From Ignavibacteriota bacterium (lineage in GTDB: Bacteria > Bacteroidota > Ignavibacteria > UBA10030 > UBA6906), in contig CAWDEM010000008.1 in assembly GCA_963801355.1 (NCBI GenBank), forward strand, positions 800,001-864,000: 64,000 nt of DNA, read 5' to 3'. The notes under the pieces were generated by a model. The model did not search any database. It saw only the letters and a list, made by a program, of their open reading frames with translations, and had not been told where the DNA came from. Shown one piece after another: positions 1-9,253 of the stretch; positions within the stretch are counted from its first letter, which is position 1; each line of letters begins with the position of its first letter. The translations under genes and the position numbers were made by a program.

Positions 1-77
1 GTATCCAGCAATCCGGTTGTCAACATCTTCAGCTTGAGAAGTGCTCGTTGTGTTGAGTTCGAGTCTCGTGCACCCCG

Positions 78-124
78 CGAAGGCCCAGCAACCATCAACT
101 GATTAGATGGTTGCTGGGCCTTCG
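78..124. terminator. Perfect 19-bp inverted repeat, probable terminator or processing hairpin
   Basis: CGAAGGCCCAGCAACCATC-9 nt-GATGGTTGCTGGGCCTTCG, downstream of the minus-strand gene ending at 268. A second palindrome TTATCCATAG-T-CTATGGATAA follows at 134-154. Confidence 0.6.
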
Positions 125-267
125 AATTATCAGTTATCCATAGTCTATGGATAATTGATCACGGCCTCCCGAGCAAATCCGTTAATGCAACCGCACTAGA
201 GTGCGGAATCTATTGTCCTCTATTACACCGATCCGTTTGGCGCTGAGCTATTTGACGTTACTCGCCT

Positions 268-1503
268 CTACTCTCCAAGATCGGCGCCCGGTTTTCGTTC
301 AGTAGCCTCCGATTTGAAGGAAACAATCGTCTGTTGATCGTCAAGCACAAATCGCATTAGTGCACGAATCTTTTCGAATTCAATGCGGTACCGGTTGATG
401 CGCCTATTTCCTTCAGATTTGCACTCGACGAGTGCGACCGACTGAAGCCCGCCGAACCTTTTCAGGTCTTCTTGAATCTCCTTTTGCATGGGAGAGATCG
501 ATGACCAAGTGTCAGCCTGATAGTCCCCGGCGCGCATTTTTCCGGAAATTGCATCTTCAATAACAGCACGAATATGTTTCGTGATTGTCGGCTCCGGGTC
601 ATCGATCGAAGTCAAATCATCTATGACAAACCGTCTCATATTCATAAGCAAGGGAACGGCGGGCATGGAGAATTGTCGATGGATTTGCACCATATCAAAA
701 TAGTGTCCGCCCCTGGCAAGTTCGGCGGCAAGATTCATCCGTATGCTATCTATTTTCTGGTGGAACTGGTACAGGTAAATGTCTCCCGACTTCAGATCGA
801 AAATGTTGGAATATTTCGTCGCATACTTTCCCTCCTGCAAACAAGCGTGCAAGATCGATGCACCGTTGGCTGCAGTGAGTTCAGAATCCTTTGCGAAACA
901 GTTGCGAAAAGTTTGAAATGCATACCCGAAACTCCGGCTCTGTTCAGATTTATCAATCTGCAGCTTGCCATCTTGAGCTCCTACAACAACAGACAATCCG
1001 TTTCTGTCCGCGACAAAGATTTTTGCTCGAATGAAGTCTGATTCTTTGTGCTTCTGGAAAAAAGCAATGGCATCTTCAACTGTGGCGCAGGATTCTAGCA
1101 AACGTTCTGTTGGATTACCACGAACACCAGTGGAGGGATCGGCTTGCCAGTTCTCCGCGTATCCCCCTACCCAATCGCAGGCAAGTCCTTCAGTGTTCAT
1201 TCCACCCCGCGCCCATCCGTCGTCATAGCCGACATAGACACACCCGTAGTAGCCTGCCCCCGCCGGAACGAACCAGATCCTCGTCGCAGGATTAGTCCAG
1301 TCTTCGTTATTGCAGAAGAGCACCCGACGACCCTCTGTAAGCACGAATATCGTGCAAGCTGAGCCCGGAGGTGCAAAAGAAATCATAAGTGTAATAACAA
1401 GCAGCCATCTTGCTAGGGGATGTCCCTTGTGATTACCGATGGGCCGTGGCATAATTGCATCTCTCCTTTCTGCTTCCCACGAATCGTGCAGGATGCGTAA
1501 CAC
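268..1503 (-). CDS. Secreted Ntn-hydrolase (C45/C59-like, choloylglycine hydrolase / acyltransferase family); true start probably ~1452 or later
   Basis: Signal peptide followed by the nucleophile 'A|CTIF', plus 'NNED' and 'GGMNTEGL' motifs. Confidence 0.75.
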   Translation of the reverse strand: MLRILHDSWEAERRDAIMPRPIGNHKGHPLARWLLVITLMISFAPPGSACTIFVLTEGRRVLFCNNEDWTNPATRIWFVPAGAGYYGCVYVGYDDGWARGGMNTEGLACDWVGGYAENWQADPSTGVRGNPTERLLESCATVEDAIAFFQKHKESDFIRAKIFVADRNGLSVVVGAQDGKLQIDKSEQSRSFGYAFQTFRNCFAKDSELTAANGASILHACLQEGKYATKYSNIFDLKSGDIYLYQFHQKIDSIRMNLAAELARGGHYFDMVQIHRQFSMPAVPLLMNMRRFVIDDLTSIDDPEPTITKHIRAVIEDAISGKMRAGDYQADTWSSISPMQKEIQEDLKRFGGLQSVALVECKSEGNRRINRYRIEFEKIRALMRFVLDDQQTIVSFKSEATERKPGADLGE

Positions 1504-1769
1504 ATAACCCGTAGCTAGGTGCTACGCGCCTGTGCTGGCAAGCAAGGCGGTCGGGATGGCCTACGCGTAGCGTTCGCCTTGTCTGAACGCTGTAGAACCG
1601 TTCGTCAAGGGAACGTTAGCAGAAGTCTAGTTGGATATCGTGAGAAATGCAACCAGGCATGTTAAAGCCGTGATGCAGGAGCCAGTGTTGGCCTGTTCCT
1701 CCGTCAAACTAGCATAGATGTGACCACCATCAAAGTTCGCTGAGACCCCCATTCACCCTGCGAATCATC

Positions 1770-2012
1770 TCATTCTCTCGCGAGAGCGCGTCTTACCGAG
1801 TCCAGCAATTCCTCCATGACGCATGGCTTTGCGAAAACCTCGTATGCCCCTCGTAGCCTCGCGTTCACGGCTTCGGCTCCTCCCATTCCCGAGACAATGA
1901 TCACGGGGATATGTCTCCCCTTCTTGCAGCGTCTCATCTCCGTGAGAAGTTGCATGCCGTTCATTCCAGGGCTGCCATTTCTGAGGTTGTAAGTCCCCAC
2001 TTTTGTCCCCAC
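1770..2012 (-). pseudogene. C-terminal half of a response-regulator receiver domain
   Basis: 'PGMNGMQLL...IPVIIVSG...GAYEVFAKP' are present; the N-terminal acidic pair and phospho-Asp are missing. Confidence 0.65.
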
Positions 2013-2013
2013 T
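1993..2013. repeat. Tandem 9-bp direct repeat GTCCCCACT, possible integrase arm-type sites of a second element
   Basis: Copies at 1993-2001 and 2005-2013, ~35 bp from the tRNA 3' end, close to where the receiver-domain ORF is truncated. Confidence 0.35.
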
Positions 2014-2048
2014 ATACGGGAAGGAAGCGGAAAAGGTAGGAAAACCAG

Positions 2049-2124
2049 TGCCCTCGGGCAGATTCGAACTGCCGACCTGCGGTTTAGGAAACCGTCGCTC
2101 TGTCCATTACTGAGCTACGAGGGC
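2049..2124 (-). tRNA. tRNA-Arg(CCT), CCA not encoded
   Basis: GCCCTCG-TA-GCTC AGTAATGGACA GAGC-G-ACGGT TTCCTAA ACCGC-AGGTC-GGCAG TTCGAAT CTGCC-CGAGGGC-A folds into a cloverleaf. Confidence 0.96.
2080..2124. repeat. att core, left junction
   Basis: CGGTTTAGGAAACCGTCGCTCTGTCCATTACTGAGCTACGAGGGC; identical to 36559-36603 except 2102 G versus 36581 A. Confidence 0.93.
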
Positions 2125-2140
2125 GCATTTTTTGTGACCA

Positions 2141-2183
2141 CTGGTAGCAAATAGTAGCATTTTGCTACCAGTATTTGCTACCA
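2141..2183. repeat. Integrase arm-type binding sites (TTTGCTACCA)
   Basis: Inverted copy at 2141-2151, direct copies at 2161-2170 and 2174-2183; the 14-mer TTTTGCTACCAGTA (2160-2173) recurs at 36502-36515 inside the right end. Confidence 0.7.
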
Positions 2184-2500
2184 CCTATGCTCCGACACTG
2201 CTTGAATAATATAGGAAGGAATCGTCGGAAAAAAAAACGAAATCCTTGGTCAAGGGCTGCGTTACCCAAGTGTGGGTATCGGTCGGAGTGTGAAAGATGA
2301 GGAGACGAAACCCCTATTCCAACGTCACCCAACGCACATGCTGCCCTCTGATCGCATCCTGAAGCGATTGGCGCGGGGTCTGCGGGTCTTGCGTCGTCTG
2401 ATCATCGTGAAGTGCTCGGAAAGCTGAGCATCGAAAGCCAAGCCGCACTGGAATCGTCTACGTGAACCACACGGAATGCATACCCTGTATACCATCTGTT

Positions 2501-2534
2501 CGCGGCGTCAGGTGCAGGCGGGGGTGAGGCCGCA
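2501..2534. repeat. attC-like half site (degenerate core GTGAGGC)
   Basis: CGGCGTCAGGTGCAGGCGGGGGT is identical over 23 nt to 6993-7015; GTGAGGCCGCA mirrors the core at 2994-3004. Confidence 0.6.
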
Positions 2535-2620
2535 CCCAATGCGGTGAGAACATCGAATGGGCTATCTGCTATGGATCATTCCATTCCGGATACCTGTGAA
2601 GAGTTGTCCGATGTGGAAAG

Positions 2621-2962
2621 TCACTCCTCCTCTCTCCAATACCGAACTGTCTTCTTGATATTGTCGAAGACAACAAGACGAGCCCCGTAGTACCACGTGG
2701 TACTATCGTCGTAGACACTCGATGCAATCTTGGTCGGCCTGCCAAGGTAAGACTCTACCTGCTTGAATGCCAAGCCCCTTTTCAGTTTACTCCAGTTCGC
2801 TCGAATCTTCGTTTCGTCAGGTTTGACGCTCAATGTCATCGATAAAGAATCCGGTGTGGAGATGGTCCTTTGGACATGGCTCCCCTGCTGGGCAGAGCAA
2901 GAACTCGAAGCAATCACAGTCATGATTGCGACGATAGAACTCGCAAAGTTGAGAAATCTCAT
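2621..2962 (-). CDS. Exported BamE/SmpA-like small protein (gene cassette)
   Basis: Signal peptide; 'LKRGLAFKQVESYLGRP...WYY' SmpA/OmlA-like pattern; bounded by matching cassette cores. Confidence 0.6.
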   Translation of the reverse strand: MRFLNFASSIVAIMTVIASSSCSAQQGSHVQRTISTPDSLSMTLSVKPDETKIRANWSKLKRGLAFKQVESYLGRPTKIASSVYDDSTTWYYGARLVVFDNIKKTVRYWREEE

Positions 2963-2997
2963 GAGATGTCCTCACACTTGATGCTTTGCTGGATGCG

Positions 2998-3077
2998 GCC
3001 TAACGATCGCGGCTCACCGGCGCCGCTCACGTCTTTGTTCAATTCCGCGCGGCGTCAGGTGCAGCCGCTGGTTAGGT
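2998..3077. repeat. Complete attC site (80 bp)
   Basis: GCCTAAC...GTTAGGT (RYYYAAC/GTTRRRY) with imperfect arms GCGGCTCACCGGCGCCGC / GCGGCGTCAGGTGCAGCCGC; the stop codon of the upstream gene lies in the core. Confidence 0.8.
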
Positions 3078-3689
3078 TGCCGCCTTTGCTGCCTCCTGCG
3101 GAAATCCCTTGAACCTCCCAATGACTACGATAATGGCATATATGGAAAATGCAATTGAGAGTGCTAGGAAGGTCCATGTAGCGAAACCACCTACAGTGAG
3201 CGCAATGTGAAATAGATCGCCTCTAAAGCCTGTAGCAAATCCAATGGTTTCACATACTAAGTCAAAAGTAGGTCTCAAACACAGCAACATGAAGAGAAAT
3301 CCAATGAGAAAAGCGTTACTAGAGAGTTTCCGTTGAAGAACGTAAACGCCAACTGCAATGCTCAAAAGATCGAAAAAGTAAGGCGAGATAGTCATGATCA
3401 ACTGGCTCCATTCGTTGGTGAAGCCCTCTGATTTGATCCACGCCCCACCAGTCTCTCCAGCCCAAAACCTAGGAATGAGTTTGACTTCGACAATCTGAGC
3501 ACCAACAAGGTATGCGCCAAGCAGATGGCTCAATTCATGTATAGGCGCGTAGACGAAATACCACAGTATCGGAATGGTAGACATGCACGCCACCATCGTT
3601 TGTTGTTTCCAGGTTCCCCTTAGGTAGAGCACAAGAAGGGGAGCAACGACGGTGAAGAGTATTTCGAAAGTGATCAGTAGATGGTTCAT
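3072..3689 (-). CDS. Membrane metallopeptidase-like protein (M50B-like), gene cassette
   Basis: Multi-TM protein, HELSH zinc motif, distal 'GD'; flanked by the perfect 14-bp IR GTTAGGTTGCCGCC (3071-3084) / GGCGGCAACCTAAC (3696-3709). Confidence 0.7.
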   Translation of the reverse strand: MNHLLITFEILFTVVAPLLVLYLRGTWKQQTMVACMSTIPILWYFVYAPIHELSHLLGAYLVGAQIVEVKLIPRFWAGETGGAWIKSEGFTNEWSQLIMTISPYFFDLLSIAVGVYVLQRKLSSNAFLIGFLFMLLCLRPTFDLVCETIGFATGFRGDLFHIALTVGGFATWTFLALSIAFSIYAIIVVIGRFKGFPQEAAKAAT

Positions 3690-3702
3690 GAAAATGGCGG
3701 CA

Positions 3703-3728
3703 ACCTAACGCGGCTCACCTGCGCCGCG
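3703..3728. repeat. attC-like half site
   Basis: ACCTAACGCGGCTCACCTGCGCCGCG; 18 nt identical to 5621-5638. Confidence 0.65.
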
Positions 3729-3884
3729 AAGACGGTCGTGCATATTGAAAACGGTCAACTCTGCCCTGAGGCACCTGTCGACCGAGCTGCAACTCCATTC
3801 TGTACCCACCCACTGTAGCAAGAAACCTCCCCATCCCTCTGACGAAGAAGTCTCTCTATTTGTCCCATTATCCTCTCTGTCAAA

Positions 3885-4874
3885 TCACCGTTTCTTCTTG
3901 CGGCAGACGAAAGTGGCAAAATCGCTATGAAGCTCCCCCATCCTCAGAAGACTCTCCTCAATCTCGCAACAGAACCTAATGATCGAGAGCGTGTCTCGAT
4001 CTTCCTGAAGGAAGTTGTGTGCAATGTCTTTGAAGGCAAGGTGCAAAAGGGTGCCCCCGAACGGACGTTCTTCTACGACATCAAACGTTTCGCGGAGCAG
4101 CGCGGGGATGACCGAAGATTCAGCAGCTTCCGACGGGTCGTGCAGAGAGATGCTCAGACGCCCGGGTCTGTACTCCTTGGTCTTCAATTTCCCGTCAGGC
4201 CAACGTTTGCGAAAACGCTCTGGGATAAGTGAAAGAAGAGATTTCACGAGCCGAAGTTGTTGGTCAGTCCACTGAAATCGGGCAGGACCGACGAATTCTT
4301 TTAGAACGAGTAGCCCGTCCTCGGTAAGCCACTCACCAACGTGTCTTAGGATGACCTTCACTGGCGAGAGATGGTGGAGCGAATCCTCAAAGATGACGAG
4401 GTCGTAACGTCTTGGCGGAATCTGAAGTGTGAAAGCGTCGCCGGTATAGAACCTGACATTCGTCTGCACACCGAGTTGTCGAGCCCTTTCGGACGCTATC
4501 TCAATGCGTTCTTTGGATATGTCGTAAGCATCAAGGGTCGAGATTTTGCCTGTTCTGAACCACGCAAGTTCTTTGTTGCCTGCACCACATCCGAGTGACA
4601 GTGCCACCAGATTCTGACGTTGCGTCAAATAGGTGGATGCGACGTACTCACAGAACTCTCTATTTTCGTCCCCGGTAATCAAACGGTTGATGTGGCGCTG
4701 TACGAAAGGTATGTCCCACCACTGACGTGTAGGTCCCCCCGTTTGTTGCCAAGTCTCTCGTATGCGGTCCGACTTATCACCCGTAAGCTTGTGTAATGTT
4801 GCAGCGACCCCTTTTCGCTTCACAAGGGACAAGAGTGCTACAAAGTCGTGGAAGGTAATCAGGTTGTGTAGCAT
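3885..4874 (-). CDS. Class I SAM-dependent methyltransferase
   Basis: 'LSLGCGAG', 'AYDIS' and 'YDLVIFEDSLHH' motifs. Confidence 0.85.
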   Translation of the reverse strand: MLHNLITFHDFVALLSLVKRKGVAATLHKLTGDKSDRIRETWQQTGGPTRQWWDIPFVQRHINRLITGDENREFCEYVASTYLTQRQNLVALSLGCGAGNKELAWFRTGKISTLDAYDISKERIEIASERARQLGVQTNVRFYTGDAFTLQIPPRRYDLVIFEDSLHHLSPVKVILRHVGEWLTEDGLLVLKEFVGPARFQWTDQQLRLVKSLLSLIPERFRKRWPDGKLKTKEYRPGRLSISLHDPSEAAESSVIPALLRETFDVVEERPFGGTLLHLAFKDIAHNFLQEDRDTLSIIRFCCEIEESLLRMGELHSDFATFVCRKKKR

Positions 4875-5035
4875 TGGATTGGTTGGTGCGACTCTCTAGC
4901 ACTACCTCACACTTTGGGGACGTGACAGTATTTGGGCCGAAAGGCCCGTCATCAGGCGACGATGTTGGTCCGCCACACTTCACAGGTTCGGTCGAGCGAA
5001 CATTCCGCCAAGTCCGAAGAATTTACAAAAACGCC

Positions 5036-5068
5036 CGGCGTCGGGTGCACACGCTTGATAGGCGGCAA
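5036..5068. repeat. attC-like half site (degenerate core GATAGGC)
   Basis: CGGCGTCGGGTGCACACGCTTGATAGGC directly after the stop of 5072..5575. Confidence 0.55.
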
Positions 5069-5071
5069 TTA

Positions 5072-5575
5072 TCATTCAACCAATACGCCTGAGCTTTTCA
5101 AGGAAGAATAGATTCGTGAATCATTCCTCCTGTCGATTGCGCCGTCCGCCAGTCGAATTCTGTAGGGCAGCGGTGCGACTGCCTCGATGACAGCACAGGC
5201 AGGCGGCATACTGGAAGAATATGCCCACCAAAACGTCCCGACATAGATGCGGTCATTGCCGACGGTTACTACGAATGGAACACCGCTTGTTCTTCTATGA
5301 GATATTAGGAATCGCTCGTATGTAGTTCGCGACTCGTCCGTGAGTTCAAATGCATGTGTTGACCAGACGTAAGATGTCAGGTCGTTGAGTGATAGAAAAG
5401 CTGAAGTGGTGAGGGTCAGACTGTCGATCGGTTGCAAGAAAGCACCGCCAGCAGTAATTGTCGAGTCTTTTAGAAGATAGATGCCGAATGTTTCTTGAGA
5501 GGCTTGGTCGTTTGATGTTGAGTGAGTGCATGACAAAAGAATCAGAGACGTTGACATTAATACTATGTTTCGCAT
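5072..5575 (-). CDS. Hypothetical lipoprotein (gene cassette)
   Basis: Lipobox LLSC, GGAGG RBS, flanked by degenerate complementary cores. Confidence 0.7.
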   Translation of the reverse strand: MRNIVLMSTSLILLSCTHSTSNDQASQETFGIYLLKDSTITAGGAFLQPIDSLTLTTSAFLSLNDLTSYVWSTHAFELTDESRTTYERFLISHRRTSGVPFVVTVGNDRIYVGTFWWAYSSSMPPACAVIEAVAPLPYRIRLADGAIDRRNDSRIYSSLKSSGVLVE

Positions 5576-5607
5576 GACAGTGTCCTCCCTGACTATCTGA
5601 GACTGCC

Positions 5608-5637
5608 ACCTACCGTCCGGGGCTCACCTGCGCCGCG
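5608..5637. repeat. attC-like half site (degenerate core ACCTACC)
   Basis: ACCTACCGTCCGGGGCTCACCTGCGCCGCG. Confidence 0.55.
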
Positions 5638-5674
5638 ATCTCAATTGTGCACATTGAAGGAACAACTTCAAGGT

Positions 5675-5872
5675 CTATGCTTGTTTCTGTCTTCCTCTGA
5701 GTGCAGTGATTATGCTGGTCAATCCTGCACCGAAAACCGCTCCGCATGCGAACAATCCCAGTATTTGCACAGTCCTCACATTTTCCGTGAACATTATCAA
5801 CCCCATTGCAGCAAACGCTACCATGAGGGCGACGCTCCTCCAAATCACGTTCATTTGCATTTCGTTCTCCAT
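5675..5872 (-). CDS. Small two-TM membrane protein
   Basis: Two hydrophobic helices and a basic tail. Confidence 0.6.
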   Translation of the reverse strand: MENEMQMNVIWRSVALMVAFAAMGLIMFTENVRTVQILGLFACGAVFGAGLTSIITALRGRQKQA

Positions 5873-5993
5873 CTGGTTGTGATGCTGACGCTTCAGAAGA
5901 GCGCCTGAGTTCGGTAGGACATTGCAGGTGGGATAATATACTGCCCATCGAACGCAACGTCAACACTTTGCCCGGCGATGGCGTAGCAAGGGA

Positions 5994-6019
5994 AAGGCCC
6001 GGAGTATATTCCGAGCCTT
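5994..6019 (-). terminator. Probable intrinsic terminator
   Basis: AAGGCTCGGA-ATATAC-TCCGGGCCTT hairpin just after the stop at 6045. Confidence 0.45.
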
Positions 6020-6044
6020 GTCCTCACCCTATCAACGGCAACCG

Positions 6045-6917
6045 TCATCGCAACAACAAGAGCCGCTTGGTTTCCATATGCGATCCCGCTTGCATCCTGT
6101 AGAAGTATACTCCGCTCGATAGCCCAACCCCATCGAACTTCACATCATGAAAACCTGCCTTCATCTCGCCATTGACGAGTTGCGCGACCTGCTGGCCGAG
6201 GGTGTTGAAGATTGTCAAGATCACGTGCGAACGACTGGGCAGGCCGTAGCGGATCGTAGTCGAGGGGTTGAAGGGGTTGGGGTAGTTCTGATGCAATTGA
6301 AAATCCCCCGGCTGCGTTTTGTTGTCTGACACGTGGAGCGATGTTCCGTATTCCTTGCCGTTGATTCGAGCGTAGAGGAGAGCCGACCTATAGGGCCATC
6401 CGGTTTCAACGAACTCCCTGACGAGCCCGAAGTCGTATCCATAACGCAGTGATTGCCCAGTCCAGCCCCCGCTTACAACTATAGTGGGAACACCTAACAC
6501 GGTATCAGGGCGTGTGCCAGCGTACCACCAGAGAGGGACGGTGGACTCGTGTGTTGAGTCGATGTACCTGCACACGTTGCCTGACGCAGAATCCAACCGG
6601 TATAAGCCCGATGCAATCGACGACTCACAATATAAAGGTTTATCACTTTCCTTAAGAAATAAAGAATACTTCACCCCATTTTGCATAACCGTATCCGAGA
6701 CTATTCGGAGCCACATGTAACATATGTGGAGGGGTGGATTTGCAATATAGTTTCCCCATTCAAATTGCCATTCATCACCGACATGCGTGGGGAAGAACGC
6801 GCATAGAGAATCGGGAGAGACACGCTGCGCCGGCGAAGAGGCACTGCAAAGGACGAATACGAAGCCAACTGCGACGAACCAGCGTCGTATTGCAGACCGA
6901 GAGGTTCCCCCTTTCAT
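6045..6917 (-). CDS. Secreted protein with T9SS type-A sorting domain (start placed at MKGGTS)
   Basis: C-terminal 'QNYPNPFNPSTTI...LSSGVYFYRM...KRLLLLR'; GGAGGAGG RBS before 6917; the longer ORF-track start runs through an attC half site. Confidence 0.85.
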   Translation of the reverse strand: MKGGTSRSAIRRWFVAVGFVFVLCSASSPAQRVSPDSLCAFFPTHVGDEWQFEWGNYIANPPLHICYMWLRIVSDTVMQNGVKYSLFLKESDKPLYCESSIASGLYRLDSASGNVCRYIDSTHESTVPLWWYAGTRPDTVLGVPTIVVSGGWTGQSLRYGYDFGLVREFVETGWPYRSALLYARINGKEYGTSLHVSDNKTQPGDFQLHQNYPNPFNPSTTIRYGLPSRSHVILTIFNTLGQQVAQLVNGEMKAGFHDVKFDGVGLSSGVYFYRMQAGSHMETKRLLLLR

Positions 6918-6990
6918 ATTCCCTCCTCCAGAGGACATAAGAATGTACGCTGCCATTTCGGTAGTGTCAAATAGCAGTGCGCAGTCTCCT

Positions 6991-7023
6991 GCCGGCGTCA
7001 GGTGCAGGCGGGGGTCAGGGCGC
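6991..7023. repeat. attC-like half site (degenerate core GTCAGGG)
   Basis: GCCGGCGTCAGGTGCAGGCGGGGGTCAGGGCGC. Confidence 0.55.
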
Positions 7024-7278
7024 TGATGGCTCCATAATCTGTCTGACGATGTCCGCATGACCCCACAGGGTACTGAGTTTGAACCTCTTCCCCATGACTA
7101 CTATCTCTATGCCATCAGGTGTTGACTGGCTAGCGTTTGAAGCGGCTCCGATGACAGCTAGAAGCGTACCAAAAATGAAAGTCTTCGGCAGACACCACAT
7201 TGTGTCGCTGATAGTGACAGGTTGACTCGGTTCAACAAACCTAATCGTTTTAGGAATTTCGGCCTCATGAAGCATGAC

Positions 7279-8172
7279 TCATTTGCGGTGATAAGATGTA
7301 TTCGTCTGCCTCCGTATGAGAGCGCCGCCCACGCGGCTGCCATTATCTTCCTCCTTTTCCTTTGTCATCCTGTCTAGACTCCATTTTGTTTCCAATGCTT
7401 CTATGATTCCATACCCTGCTGTGCAAAGAGCCACTCCCCTAGAGGCATCAGTAGAGTCAGTGAGAATTGCACTCACTACACCCAGAACTCTGAAAGTGGA
7501 GTCTTTTCTCATCAAGACAGGTGAACCACTGATTCCCGGAGCACCTGTGATATTGGCAAAGAAATCAACTTTGAATTTCTCCTTGGTGCGACTATCTGTG
7601 AATGTCTTAGGCGGTGCAAAGAATCCTCCGAATTTTCCAGAAGGAACCCAATAGCAATTCTTCCAACTCTTTACACTATCTGGAAACATTCCAATGAAGA
7701 AAATATCTTGACCTGATTGTAGACTGTCATACTCTGACTTCACAACTATGTCTTCTAGTTCAAATCCATGGGATACATGCTTCTGTATGTCCTGAACTCC
7801 AAAGTTGTTATCAATGACAAGAACATCCAGCAATGAATCTTGGGGTACTATATGTCTTCTCCCTCTAAAATGGGATGAAAACTGAGACCCATTAGCCATC
7901 ACATATAGCAGTCCCTTCTGATTCTTAGAATCATGTGTCCGAAGGACGTGTTTGGCGGTGACAATATAGGCATGCTTGATGTCACCAGTGTCCAGAAAGA
8001 AACCTGTAGCTGCTGGGAAGTTCCATTCCTTCTGATATCGAGCACCGGCGTCAGGTCTCTTGAAGAGAATTACCTTCTCCAAGAGAGAATCTGGTGGTGT
8101 TTGAGAAAGGCACGAAGTAGACCAGAATACTAGTCCAGTTAACAATGGAGTCAGACATCGCAGACTATTCAA
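7279..8172 (-). CDS. Exported trypsin-like serine protease
   Basis: 'VTAKHV' (His), 'DVLVI' (Asp), 'PGISGSPV' (Ser). Confidence 0.8.
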   Translation of the reverse strand: MNSLRCLTPLLTGLVFWSTSCLSQTPPDSLLEKVILFKRPDAGARYQKEWNFPAATGFFLDTGDIKHAYIVTAKHVLRTHDSKNQKGLLYVMANGSQFSSHFRGRRHIVPQDSLLDVLVIDNNFGVQDIQKHVSHGFELEDIVVKSEYDSLQSGQDIFFIGMFPDSVKSWKNCYWVPSGKFGGFFAPPKTFTDSRTKEKFKVDFFANITGAPGISGSPVLMRKDSTFRVLGVVSAILTDSTDASRGVALCTAGYGIIEALETKWSLDRMTKEKEEDNGSRVGGALIRRQTNTSYHRK

Positions 8173-8316
8173 GGTTTTCCTCCTAATCGTCTTATCAACT
8201 CCTCCCGTGGTTCAACCCAATGCTCCACGAATGATGCGGTCACCTCAAATCTCTTCAGCAGAAAATACTTCCCCGTATATCCCAAATGAACAACAATTAA
8301 CCAATGCCACCTTGAT

Positions 8317-8622
8317 TTACACCTGTGAGATTCCGGGGTCAGATGACTTATTGCGGAGGGCTTCAGCGGCCAATAAACCCACAGCGTCCTTGAAATCATA
8401 GCAGCAACAGTCATAGACGTCATAACCTGATCGGTTTTGGGAAGCTGAAAATGAAACGGGTGCTCTGCATTGATTTCCGTGCTCTTTGCATACTGCGGTT
8501 TCGGCGAATTTATTGAACGCATCTGTAGTGCGTGTTAGGAAAGTGCGGTCGCGCCAGTCTTTGATTGCAGACAAATGGGGATCGTTCCCATGTTCGGTTT
8601 GATAAGTGGTGTGGATCATCAA
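8317..8622 (-). CDS. Hypothetical Cys-rich protein
   Basis: CKEH and DCCC possible metal ligands; co-oriented with neighbours. Confidence 0.5.
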   Translation of the reverse strand: MMIHTTYQTEHGNDPHLSAIKDWRDRTFLTRTTDAFNKFAETAVCKEHGNQCRAPVSFSASQNRSGYDVYDCCCYDFKDAVGLLAAEALRNKSSDPGISQV

Positions 8623-8631
8623 AGGGATTCC

Positions 8632-9003
8632 TTATGCGGTTTTCCTCACGCGTGAGAATTTCAGCCGGTCTTTTTCAAGCTCTCTAACAGTTTCATCGTG
8701 GCCTACTTTTGCATTAGATTCGTTTGGATACTCTTTTTCATAGAGAGGATCATCATAGGACTCGGCTATGCCGTACCTATCACATCTGAAGACCTGCGTT
8801 ATGAACCTATTGGGTCCGGGCGTAACGTTCTCAAGGAGTTCGCCAGTTTCCAAACTTCGGGTGAGCCGACTCAAGGGGCTGGATGGATCAAGATAGATTG
8901 TGGAGACAATATAGTATCTGCCCGGCCACCATTTAGCAATGATGGTTTGAGCGACGAGTGGAAGCTTTGGTGACGGCATGTGAGATACCCAGCGAGCGCA
9001 CAT
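8632..9003 (-). CDS. Hypothetical protein
   Basis: ORF closely spaced with 8317..8622. Confidence 0.55.
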   Translation of the reverse strand: MCARWVSHMPSPKLPLVAQTIIAKWWPGRYYIVSTIYLDPSSPLSRLTRSLETGELLENVTPGPNRFITQVFRCDRYGIAESYDDPLYEKEYPNESNAKVGHDETVRELEKDRLKFSRVRKTA

Positions 9004-9253
9004 GATGGTAATTCTATCCGGTAAGTGAGTTGTCCTTTGGCGAACGATCTAAGAGCGCACGGTTCACATCCGTGAGGTCATAAGTTCAAGTCCTTAACCA
9101 GACTGATTCAATCGCCCTTGTTTGTTTAGGTTTTCCGTCACTTCCTTCCTCCTTTCCACCATTTTATAACCCTGTTGTAGCTCATCAAAAATCAAGTTCC
9201 ACTCTTTTTGGCTTGCGCTAACTCCTCAGTCAATTTCTTCTCTAAGGTAGCTA

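Noticed and set aside
6045-6300. Nucleotide similarity with 38738-39060
   Set aside because: Explained by paralogous T9SS C-terminal sorting domains, not a mobile repeat.
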